The notes beneath the pieces were generated by a model that ran no database searches, had not been told where the DNA came from, and saw only the letters and a program-made list of their open reading frames with translations. The position numbers and the translations under genes are program-made. DNA of 64,000 nt from Chiloscyllium plagiosum. Its lineage: Eukaryota. Position 1 is the stretch's first letter. Each line of letters begins with the position of its first letter. This document shows positions 1 to 9,737 of the stretch, piece by piece. The stretch is taken from the NCBI RefSeq assembly GCF_004010195.1, contig NC_057719.1:37926200-37990199 (forward strand). The letters are read 5' to 3'.

Positions 1-396
1 CCCTTCTTGTATTACATAAATACAGATATTTCGGCTATCCTAACAAGGGCTTTTATTTAATTGAGATTACAAACCTGGCTGGTCCGCGGCCCCTCTGGGG
101 AGGAATCCCGCACGAATACGGGTTTTATTACATCTGATGCTAACACATTCCGAGCATGTAAGAGACTTAAATATACACTCTGGTTAGTTGTAGGTTAGAT
201 TAGTAGATAGTTGAGGTTTGTTTGTTTGTTTTTTTTCTTTTCGGTTTTTGTTTTGTTGTTTTGTTTTTTTTGTCAAATTTTGGCTATTGTATATTTGAGC
301 TAATTGTATATCAATGTTTATATCTGAGAGTTATGTTTATTTTTGTAAACTTGTAAAAATGTTAAATTTCTAATAAAAATATCTATTAACAAAAAA
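1..396 (+). mobile_element. 3' end of an L1/Tx1-clade LINE (ORF2 C-terminus, T-rich 3' UTR, polyA signal, short A tail)
   Basis: Frame 1 reads PFLYYINTDISAILTRAFI* (1-60), resembling the W-x-PF-x-x-Y end of fish L1 ORF2. T-rich UTR follows, AATAAA at 372-377, A-run at 391-396, then CR1 sequence begins abruptly. Confidence 0.55.
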
Positions 397-1574
397 GAAT
401 CTATTTATATTTGGAAGAGAATGGGCTTATCAGTGATATGCAACATGGTTTTGTGTGGGGAGATCATGAGTTCTTTGAGGAAGTGACCAAGTTGATAGAT
501 GAAGGAAGGGCTGTAGATGTCATATACTTGGACTTTTGTAAGGTGTTTGATAAGGTTCCCCATGGTAAACTAATGGAGAAAGTGAAGTCACATGGTGTGC
601 GGGGTGTTCAAGCTAGGTGGTAAAAGAACTGGTTGAGCAACAAGAGACAGAGAGTAGTAGTTGAAGGGAGTTTCTCGAAATGGAGAAAAATGACCAGTGG
701 TGTTCCGCAGGGAGCAGTGCTGGGGCTCTGTTGTTTATGATATACATAAATGATCTGGAAGAGGGCATTGGTTGTCTGATCAGTAAGTTTGCAGATGACA
801 TGAAGACTGGTGGAGTAGCAGAATGCATAGGGGACAGTCAAAGAATACAGGAGAATATAGATAGACTGGAGAGTTGGGCAGAGAAGTGGCAGATGGAGTT
901 CAATCCGAGCAAATGTGAGGTGATGCATTTTAAAAGGTCTAATTTGAGAGCGAACTATACTGTCAGTGGAAGAGCCCTGGGAAAAGTTGATGAGCAGAGA
1001 GATCTGGGAGTTCAGGTCTATTGTACCCTGAAGGTGGCTGCTCAGGTGGATAGGCTGGTCAAGAAGGCATATGGTCGGCTTGCCCTCATCAGACGGAGTA
1101 TTGAGTATAAGAGCTGGCAGGTCATGTTAACATTGTACAAGACTTTGGTGCCAGCTATGAAGAGAGGTTGAGTAGGTTAAAAAAAAGGAGATTGGGAGGG
1201 AGGGACCTGATTGTGGTCTACAAAATCCTAAAGGTTATAGACAGGTTGGATAGAAATAAGCTTTTTCCCAGGGTGAGGGATTCAGTAACGAGAGTTCAAG
1301 GTGAGAGGAGAAAAGTTTAAGGGGAATACACACGGAAAGTACTTTACACAGAGGGTGGTAGGTGCCCGGAACGCATTGCCAGCAGAGGTAGTAGAGGCAG
1401 GCACAGTAGATTCATTTAAGGTGCTTCTGGACAGATGCATGAGTAGGTGAGGAGCAGAGAGATACAGATGCTTAGGAATTGGGCGATAGGTTCAGACAAT
1501 GGATTTGGATCAGCACAGGCTTGCAGGGCTGAAGGGCCTGTTCCTGGGCTGTAAATTTTCTTTGTTCTTTGTTC
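397..1574 (+). mobile_element. CR1 LINE, RT region to 3' end, decayed with internal deletions
   Basis: QHGFV, DVIYLDFCKVFDKVPH, SKFADD, WQMEFNPSKCEVMHF motifs; ends in a TTTGTTC tandem tail. Confidence 0.9.
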
Positions 1575-1867
1575 AAAGTTATTTTAATTCAGTGAGACAA
1601 ATACCAATTGGCATATGTTGCAGATCAACTTAATTTTGACTAATTTCAGACCAAAACTGGGTGTCTAATAATTGAATTTCCTTTCTCTTCCCACACCTTG
1701 TGGTGTATGAGAAGGATAAAGCATGTTGTCCCTGGAACAGTTCACCAGCCTGTCAGCAGACTGACTGGGAGATCCTCCAGCTCTTACCATCTACCAGGGA
1801 GAATTGATGTGTTGATAATCAAGTTGTGTAGCCATATTACAAGTGCACCTTCTACATGCATCAATTC

Positions 1868-1938
1868 TTGGAGTGGGACTCAAATCCTGAGCTTCTGTTT
1901 CAGAGACAGGTACGTGACCCATTGTGTGACAACATCTC
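1868..1938 (-). mobile_element. Degenerate tRNA-derived SINE head
   Basis: Reverse complement has A-box-like and B-box-like (GGATTTGAGTCCC) elements at tRNA-like spacing; a similar remnant lies at about 47410-47465. Confidence 0.4.
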
Positions 1939-2290
1939 TTCCAATGGATTTTACTGCTTGATAGTAAAATGTAATTTCATTGGAATAATGGCTTTGCAGT
2001 GAACCTTTGAATTGTAGACTTCAATATACATTCTTGGAATTTGGGCTTTGTTGTTGAGGCGGACATTTATAGTTCAATTTTCACTTTCTTGATAGGGTGG
2101 TGATGAGCTTAAGAGAAATGTGGGGCCTGGCTCACTGTGCCAGTGGCACTTCTGAAGCTAATTAAATTTCTACTCTCTGAAGAAATTTTCTAAACTCAAC
2201 TCAGTAATTTATTTTGAGAAAACAAAAATAATTTCCATGATCTTCCTTTGTGTTTACCCATAAGTGTAACTAACTGTCTGAAGTCAAAAT

Positions 2291-3244
2291 GAGACGGCAT
2301 GGTACATTGGTGAGACCAAGCAGAAGCTCCGGCGACAGATGAATGGGCACTGCACAACAATCTACAGACAGGAGTGTTCCCTCCCAGTCGGAGAACACTT
2401 CAGTGGTCCGGGACATTCAACCTCGGACCTTTGGGTGACCATCCTCCAAGTCAGACTTTGGGACAGGCAACAGTGCCAAGTTTGGTACCCATGGGGATGG
2501 CCTCAACCGGGACTTTGGGTTCATGTCACACTACAGGTGATCCCATTGCACTATACACACACAGACACTCCTGCACACACACACACAAACACAGGTACTC
2601 CGACACACATACACACACACACACACTCACGCAGATCGTCTCTCACTCCCACACACACCCTCTCACAGACTTATACCCCTTTGCACTCACACTCACACAC
2701 ATACACACACTCTCACAGACAATCATAACCCCATCACCGCCCCACCCCCAACACCCCCCACATACACACGCATGCACACATACACACACACAGACAAACG
2801 TATAACTTTGTGGGATGATTTTGTACTTGCAGAATTACATTTTACTTTGCTCAAAAACTGCATGAACCGTTTTTTAGATTAGAATCAGTCTGACCATTGT
2901 GGCAGAGACAGCCCCACACAGGGAAGCTAACACCTTCAATACATTATCTGGGCCGACATGACACCAGTTGTAAAAGTTCACTTGCAACTTTTTAAAAAGG
3001 TTTTGCGATTTACATATGAAAGAACTGAAACCAAAATGGTCATTCTAAAAGATTTGAGACTTAACAAACAATCCAGGTCTTTTTCAATATATAGTTTCAG
3101 TTACATCACACTGAAAACTTGCGTTATAAATTCTGTGTCTTACAGTCTTATTCTCACAACTACCTGATGAAGGAGCAGTGCTCCAAAAGCTTGTGCTTCC
3201 AAATAAATCTTTTGGACTATAACCTGGTGTTGTGTGATTTTTAA
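2291..3244 (+). mobile_element. Penelope-like element 3' part (GIY-YIG endonuclease remnant, CA-rich tract, pLTR with hammerhead motif)
   Basis: YIGETKQKLRRQMNGH...LPVGEHFSGPGHS reads as a PLE GIY-YIG domain; CA-rich tract at 2553-2795; CTGATGA-stem-(G>A)AAA motif at 3161-3195. Confidence 0.85.
2553..2795 (+). repeat. Imperfect (CA)n-rich microsatellite inside the PLE 3' region
   Basis: Interrupted acacac runs are directly visible. Confidence 0.9.
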
Positions 3245-3335
3245 GCTTTTAAATAAAGGCTTGTTGATTATCTACTTTATTAGTGTTGTATTCAATTTGT
3301 TTGTGCACAAACAAAAAGCTCAAAAATGATGTAAT

Positions 3336-3490
3336 ATAGAGTCATAGAGAGGTACAGCACGGAAACAGACCCTTCGGTCCAACCTGTCCATGCCGACCAG
3401 ATGTCTCAACCCAATCTAGTCCCACCTGCCAGCACCCGGCCCATATCCCTCCAAAATCCTTCCTATTCATACACCCATCCAAATGCCTTT
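3336..3490 (-). mobile_element. CR1 (HER1-type) 3' terminus
   Basis: Reverse complement of the 3' end seen at 30010-30163 (…CATCTCTATGACTCTA). Confidence 0.85.
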
Positions 3491-3497
3491 ATACGCC

Positions 3498-4678
3498 AGG
3501 GAAATTTGGTAGAGCTGCTCGGGAGGATTTAAACTAATAAGGTGGGGGGTGGTGGACCCAGGGAGATAGTGAGGAAAGAGATAAATCTGAGATGGTACAG
3601 TTCAGAACAGAAGAGAGTCAAACAGTCAGGGCAGGCAGGGACAAGATAGGACTAATAAATTAAACTGCATTTATTTCAATGCAAGGGGCCTAACAGGGAA
3701 GGCAGATGAACTCAAGGCATGGTTAGGAACATGGAACTGGGATATCAAGCAATTACAGAAACATGGCTCAGGGATGGGCAGGACTGGCAGCTTAATGTTC
3801 CAGGATACAAATGCTACAGGAAGAATAGAAAGGGAGGCAAGAGAGGAGGGGGAGTGGTGTTTTTGATAAGGGATAGCATTACAGCTGTACTGAGGGAGGA
3901 CATTCCCAGAAATACATCCAAGGAAGTTATTTGAGTTGAACTGAGAAATAAGAAAGGATGGTCACCTTATTGGGATTGTATTATAGACCCCCTAATAGTC
4001 AGAGTGAAATTGAGAAACAAACTTGTAAGGAGATCACAGCTATCTGTAAGAATAATAGGGATGTGGTAGGGGATTTTAACTTTCCAAACATAGACTGGGC
4101 CTACCATAGTGTTAAGGGTTTAGATGGAGATGAATTATTAAATGTGTACAAGAAAATTTTCTGATTCAGTATGTGAATGTACCTACTAGAGAAGGTGCTT
4201 GAAAATGTGTTGCTGGAAAAGCGCAGCGGGTCAGGCAACATCCAAGGAGCAGGAGAATCGACGTTTCGGGCATGAGCCCTTCTTCAGGAATCTTGCCCAA
4301 AACGTCGATTCTCCTGTTCCCTGGATGCTGCCTGACCTGCTGCGCTTTTCCAGCAACACATTTTCAGCTCTGATCTCCAGCATCTACAGTCCTCACTTTC
4401 TCCTACTAGAGAAGGTGCAAAACTTGACCTATTCTTGGGAAATAAGGCAATGCAGGTGACTGAGGTGGCAGTGGGGGACCACTTTGGGGCCAGTGACCAT
4501 AATTCTATTAGATTTAAAATAGTAATGGAAACGGATAGACCAAATCTAAAAGTTGAAATTCTAAATTGGAGAAAGGCCAATTTTAACGGTATTAGGCAAG
4601 AACTTTCAAAAGCTGACTGGGGGCAGATGTTCGCAGGTAAAGGGACAGCTGGAAAATGGGAAACCTTCAGGAATGAGA
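3498..4678 (+). mobile_element. CR1 LINE fragment: end of ORF1 plus APE endonuclease of ORF2, interrupted by a PLE-derived insertion
   Basis: AITETWL, GGGV, LYYRPPN, VGDFNFPNIDW, DHFGASDHNSIRF motifs; collinear with the copy at 27997-28560. Confidence 0.9.
4199..4403. mobile_element. Short palindromic PLE-derived insertion (antisense arm + sense arm + tail) with TSD
   Basis: Antisense arm 4200-4291, sense arm 4294-4403. CCTACTAGAGAAGGTGC is duplicated at 4182-4198 and 4402-4418. The empty site is visible in the CR1 copy at about 28286-28310. Confidence 0.9.
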
Positions 4679-5119
4679 ATATCTAGATGTAATTGGTCTT
4701 TTCTTCTTAAGAACTAAAAATTGAATGTTTATCATTTGGACATTAACAAATAACACAACTCTGATTTCGAAATCTGCTTAGTCTATAGCAAATTTATCAT
4801 TTTCATTCTTGGAGAAGTTGCATAGTCAAGTCAAAGGAAATTTATGGAATATGTTTCCCTCACGTTGTACCCTAGCAGCATTGCCTTTGTGCTCGCCTTG
4901 CATTCTGAGTTATGGTCAAAGTCTTGGGCTAGATCTGTCTCCAAAATTTTAGCCTAGTCCAGTGATGTAACCATTACACCATCATGTCTCCCTAACAGTT
5001 AATATACCTAACCAGAAAATAAATACAATATTGTTTACAAACATTAATTCACAGCTAAATATTTGTTAATATCCAAATCTATCTTTTTAAAAGTTTAAGT
5101 AGTTGAAATAAAGGGAAGA

Positions 5120-6055
5120 GTAAGAAAAAGAATTATGATGGGTGTGTTCTGAAGATTTAAACTTGATCGACACTAAAACTAAAACTATTTATTAACCAAA
5201 TTTAATCTGTTGTCTTCATGCATTTTAAAATTATCTGAAGAAGAGATGGCAGATGTTAGAACAAGGTGTAGTACCAGAGGACTGTAAATTAACATTCTAT
5301 CTATATTTTAGCAGGAAAGTGGAAGGTCAAGCAAACAGTTTAGCATCAGCAGTGGCAGAGACAAATAGAGTCCCTACCATGGGAAAAAGATTAGATATAC
5401 ATATACATATACCAGAAATATGTGAATGCATAATAATATGAATGGATTTCTTCAGTGGAAGTTTTGCGTGACCAGCCAATTGATATTTTGGAAGTAACAC
5501 CAGGCAGAATAGGCTGTATCATCTGTTAGATATCACAAATCTAATTTCCAAGAAAGCCTATGAGGCATTAAGTAACAGAAGAGTCAACATTGCAGAGTTT
5601 AGGACAAGTATCAGAATGGTTAACTAACTTGTCACAAAAGCAGGGAGCAGGAATAAAAAAGTAACTACTTCAAAGATGGAATCCCATAAGGAGCAATACA
5701 GGACCACTGTTCAAACAACTTAAGCATTAGGATTTATTTCTTATTGGGTAAAATTAACAATTGGAGAAATTATGCTAAACTTGTAATGAACCTTGAATAA
5801 GCCATATAGGAATTTACATTCAGTGAGCTCTATCTAGCAGGATAAAGTGAACAGACTAATCACTACCCTCTCCGGAGGAGACAAATGGGAGTTGATAAAA
5901 TCGAGGTCTTTATGTAAGGTTTTGATAGCAAAGACAGAGCAAGTGTTTCCACATGTGAAGAAGAATAAAACTTAAAGCAATTAAGAGTCAACTGAAAATC
6001 AAAAAAAAAATTCAGAGGAAAATCCTTTTCATAGTGAATGATAAGAATGTGGAAA
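5120..6055 (+). mobile_element. Highly diverged old CR1 remnant
   Basis: GVVPEDCK in the ORF track plus patchy similarity to CR1 RT and 3' regions. Confidence 0.4.
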
Positions 6056-6062
6056 GGTCAAA

Positions 6063-6410
6063 GAATATTGCGTGCAATTCTGGTCTCCTTCCTATCGGAA
6101 AGATTTTGTGAAACTTAAAAATCCCAGAAAAGATTTACAAGGATGTTGGAGGATTTGAGCTATAGGGAGAGGCTGAACAGGCTGGGGCTGTTTTCCCTGG
6201 AGCATCGGAGGCTGAGGGGTGACCTTATGGAGGTTTACAAAATTATTGAGGGGCATGGATAGGGTAAATAGACCTCCCTGGGGTGGGAGAGTCCAGAACT
6301 AGAGGGCATAGGTTTAGGGTGAGAGGGGACAGATATAAAAGAGACCTAAGGGGCATGGACGAGTTGGACCGGAGGGTCTGTTTCCATGCTGTACATCTCT
6401 ATGACTCTAT
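6063..6410 (+). mobile_element. Young 5'-truncated CR1 (HER1-type) 3' fragment with internal deletion
   Basis: Starts at the EYCVQFWSP coding segment; ends CATCTCTATGACTCTAT. Confidence 0.9.
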
Positions 6411-7567
6411 AAATACAGGTTGATGTGATAGATAAATAAGAACAGAAAGAACAGCAATTATAAAAATATATGAAGCCATTTTTGAGTTTCTACTCAGCAT
6501 TGACCTAGTCTATATTTGTGGCTTGTATTGCAGTTGTGTTTTCTTTCTTCCTGTATCTTATTTCAACAAACAAACATAAATGACAAAAGAGTCAATAGTG
6601 TAAGTCCAAATGGGACAAGTAAAGACGTTTGTGTCTAGAGAAAGACTGATGAACATTTGGAGACTGGGCAAAGTCATTTCAGGAAATGTGGTTGAGGTAG
6701 TGGGGGTCAAGGATTTCATTGTGAATATTTATTAATATATGCCCAATCCCCAGAAATAGAGATAGAGTCGGAGGAAGGAAAGAGAATGGTGAAATATTTT
6801 TTAATCTCAGTTTTCTCTTTTTATCGGGTGGCATCTGTGACACCATCCACATTCCCCTCAGCACACATCACTTGCTTATTGCTCATTACCACTCCATTTT
6901 CCTTGCACAATCAACTTTTATCCTTTAATCACACTTATTTTCTACACTATCTCAGTTCTCTTTTGTTTCTTTTACCCGCTCCGTATTTAACATACACTAC
7001 CTTTCTGGTGAAAGAGCGTTGATCTGAAACATTAAATATTTCTGTAAAGTTTGAGTAGCTTGTGATCTTGAATGGAGCTTTCATTTTTCTGTGGTTCAAT
7101 TTTCTATTCCTTCTACTTCCCTTTCCAGAACCTCTTCCCCCTCTTAATGTTACAAAAAAGTAATAAGTTGATCTGTTTCAAGAGATGTCAACATTGCACT
7201 AAACAGCTGTTGCCTGGACAGAGGGGAAACCTGATTATGATGTACAAAGTTATGACAGGAAGAGTTAAGGAGAATCCTTTCACCTTAGTACAGGGATCAA
7301 TAACCAGGGAGCACTGCTTTAAGGTAAGAAGCAAAAGGTTTCGAGGGGATTTGAGAGCTTTTCACCCTGAGGTGAAAAACCATTCCATTGTCCCTACTAT
7401 CAGATATTATCCAACACCCCTGCCATGCTCCCCCCCCCCCCCCCCCCCGCCAAGCCAGGTTGGATTGACCAAATTTCACCCCTCCCCTGCTGAAACCAAT
7501 GTTCCCAGCACACCCTGACCTACCCTAAACATTAGCCTGCTCTCCACCCCCACCCCACCCCCCCCCG

Positions 7568-7996
7568 NNNNNNNNNNNNNNNNNNNNNNNNNNNNNNNNN
7601 NNNNNNNNNNNNNNNNNNNNNNNNNNNNNNNNNNNNNNNNNNNNNNNNNNNNNNNNNNNNNNNNNNNNNNNNNNNNNNNNNNNNNNNNNNNNNNNNNNNN
7701 NNNNNNNNNNNNNNNNNNNNNNNNNNNNNNNNNNNNNNNNNNNNNNNNNNNNNNNNNNNNNNNNNNNNNNNNNNNNNNNNNNNNNNNNNNNNNNNNNNNN
7801 NNNNNNNNNNNNNNNNNNNNNNNNNNNNNNNNNNNNNNNNNNNNNNNNNNNNNNNNNNNNNNNNNNNNNNNNNNNNNNNNNNNNNNNNNNNNNNNNNNNN
7901 NNNNNNNNNNNNNNNNNNNNNNNNNNNNNNNNNNNNNNNNNNNNNNNNNNNNNNNNNNNNNNNNNNNNNNNNNNNNNNNNNNNNNNNNNNNNNNNN
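7568..7996. other. Assembly gap (429 N) in the GC-rich promoter region
   Basis: N run flanked by C-runs on the left and G-rich sequence on the right. Confidence 0.99.
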
Positions 7997-8416
7997 GAGG
8001 GGAGGGGTCCAAGCCCAAGCCGGAGGTGGGGCGTTGGCAAGGAGTGTGTCCGCATGTGGACTAGGTTGGAGGCGGGGCGATGGAAGGGGGCGTGTCCGGG
8101 GTGGTGGAGGGATGTTGGGATGTTCAGGCAAGGGGGATGGGAGAGGGGAAGGGGCGAGACGGGAGGAGGCGGGGTCAACGTAAAAGGGGTGGGTCTTTAG
8201 AGGTGAGTCAATGGACGGGGCGGGGCGAGAGAAGGGGCCTGGTCTATGGGCGGGGCCAGAGTAAGGGGCGGTGCTGGGGGCGGGTTCGAGGGCGGGGCGC
8301 GGTTGAAATCGGCCAATGTTTGAAGGCGGCCCTCGGCGCTGCTGCTACAAGAGAGTGTGGGAGGCGCGGCGCCCGGCTTCGGGGACTATGACCCGGGGAG
8401 CGGTGTGTAATTGAAG

Positions 8417-8478
<62 letters not shown>

Positions 8479-8496
8479 CCTCGGCCCGGGACTCCG
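7997..8496 (+). promoter_or_regulatory. CpG-island promoter/5' UTR of ANKRD9(-like) with multiple GC boxes and a CCAAT box
   Basis: Dense CpG, repeated GGGCGG/GGGGCGGGG (e.g. 8217-8225), CCAAT at 8313-8317, no obvious TATA box. TSS not determinable from sequence. Confidence 0.75.
8417..8478 (+). repeat. Perfect hexamer microsatellite (GCAGGA)10+GC in the putative 5' UTR
   Basis: Direct count of 10 units at 8417-8476. Confidence 0.97.
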
Positions 8497-9423
8497 ATGC
8501 CGCCCCCGGCCATGCCCTGGAGTCTGGGCTATTGCAGCCCCGGGGGCGGTCAGCAGGAATCGCGGTGGCGGAAACGCTGCAGGAAATCATCGTTTGCTTT
8601 TTACCAGGCGGTGCGGGACCTGCTGCCTGTCTGGATGCTGGAGGAGATGAGGACCATGGAGGTGTTCCACTGGGAGGACAGTGGCCGCATCAGCAGCTAC
8701 TCGCCGTCCGAGGCTCTGCTCTATGCCCTGGTGCACGACCACCAGGCGTACGGCAAGTACCTGCTGAGCGAGCACCCCCGGGCTGCCCTGGCTATGTCCA
8801 GCACCAGCTTCTGTTGCTGCTCGGTCCTCGGCCAGCACCTGGCCATGGCTGTGCGCTACAACCGGGTCGCCACCCTGTCGCGGATCCTCGACAGCCTGCG
8901 CCGCTTGCCGGAGGGAGAGCGCCGCCAGTACATCGACCGCCGGGGCTGCGAGCATGTGGAGAGCGGCAAGACCCCACTGCACTTGGCGTGCGAGCTGGTC
9001 AGGCCCGAGTGTTTGACCCTGCTGCTCGGCCACGGCTCGTCTCCTTACATCAGGGACTGCCGCGGGGACACGGCTCTGGACACCTTACTGCAGCAGCTGG
9101 GTTCCAGTCCCCTGGACAATCCCAGGATGGCCAGGTGCCTGCATCACCTCCTGCTATTCATGCCCGAGCTCCAGTTTCAGATGAAGACGACGCTGAAGGA
9201 CAATGCCAGTCTCTGGCGGACCGTTCTGGGGACACCGCTCTTCCAATGGCTCTCGGGCTACAGCCCCGCTCCCCTCTTCATAAAGGCCATGCAAACTTTA
9301 ATCAGGACGATAGACCCCGAGAAATTCCCAGAGGGTCTGGACGAACTACCCATATCCCATCTCCTCCGAACTCTGGACTTTAAACTGACTGCAGGCGGCA
9401 CTGTCCGTTCAAACTTCGAGTGA
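8497..9423 (+). CDS. ANKRD9: Ankyrin repeat domain-containing protein 9 (or ANKRD9-like paralog), single coding exon; the likely start is the second ATG at 8512 (MPWS…)
   Basis: Intact 308-aa ORF. CRKSSFAFYQAVRDLLPVW, YSPSEALLYALVHDHQAY, AVRYNR, DRRGC, TPLHLACELVRPECL (ankyrin) and FQWLSG..P.LF..AMQ.L...I.P.KFPE.LDELP match my recollection of human ANKRD9, which starts MPW. ATG 8512 has G at -3 (GCCATG), while 8497 has C. Confidence 0.93.
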   Translation: MPPPAMPWSLGYCSPGGGQQESRWRKRCRKSSFAFYQAVRDLLPVWMLEEMRTMEVFHWEDSGRISSYSPSEALLYALVHDHQAYGKYLLSEHPRAALAMSSTSFCCCSVLGQHLAMAVRYNRVATLSRILDSLRRLPEGERRQYIDRRGCEHVESGKTPLHLACELVRPECLTLLLGHGSSPYIRDCRGDTALDTLLQQLGSSPLDNPRMARCLHHLLLFMPELQFQMKTTLKDNASLWRTVLGTPLFQWLSGYSPAPLFIKAMQTLIRTIDPEKFPEGLDELPISHLLRTLDFKLTAGGTVRSNFE

Positions 9424-9581
9424 TGCCGCTTTTAACCTTTAATGCGATTTTATATATAGACTTTATATGTATTTATATATTTTAAAAATGCTGTTTAGAA
9501 GCTTATAAATGAACGGCTCAATGAAGTGCCAAGCCGATATGTAGTGAACTTCAGAGTTGAGAATTCTCCAGAATGTAAGCT

Positions 9582-9657
9582 TAAAAATGTGTTGCTGGAA
9601 AAGCGCAGCAGGTCAGGCAGCATCAAAGGAGCAGGAGAATCGACGTTTCGGGCATAA
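9582..9657 (-). mobile_element. Fragment of the short PLE-derived element (antisense arm only) in the probable ANKRD9 3' UTR
   Basis: Near-identical to 4200-4275 and 13477-13552. Confidence 0.9.
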
Positions 9658-9731
9658 TGTTCAAAGTGCATTGAAACTGTAGAGTCCTACAGTTTCCAAT
9701 GTAGTATTGATTCGACTTTTTTTTTTGCGAG

Positions 9732-9737
9732 AATAAA
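9732..9737 (+). terminator. Candidate polyadenylation signal of ANKRD9 (alternative AATAAA at 10899-10904)
   Basis: First AATAAA I found after the stop codon, followed by GT/T-rich sequence. Confidence 0.35.

Noticed and set aside
7476..8178. Long ORFs containing X runs
   Set aside because: Artefacts of translating the N gap.
8244..8650. Poly-Leu, (CS)n and (AG)n ORFs resembling signal peptides or repeat proteins
   Set aside because: Translations of the (GCAGGA)n microsatellite.
8532..9383. 283-aa alternative-frame ORF and antisense ORFs overlapping ANKRD9
   Set aside because: The 283-aa frame has a non-ATG start, low-complexity Pro/Gly/Ala composition and no motif; these are expected shadow ORFs of a GC-rich CDS.
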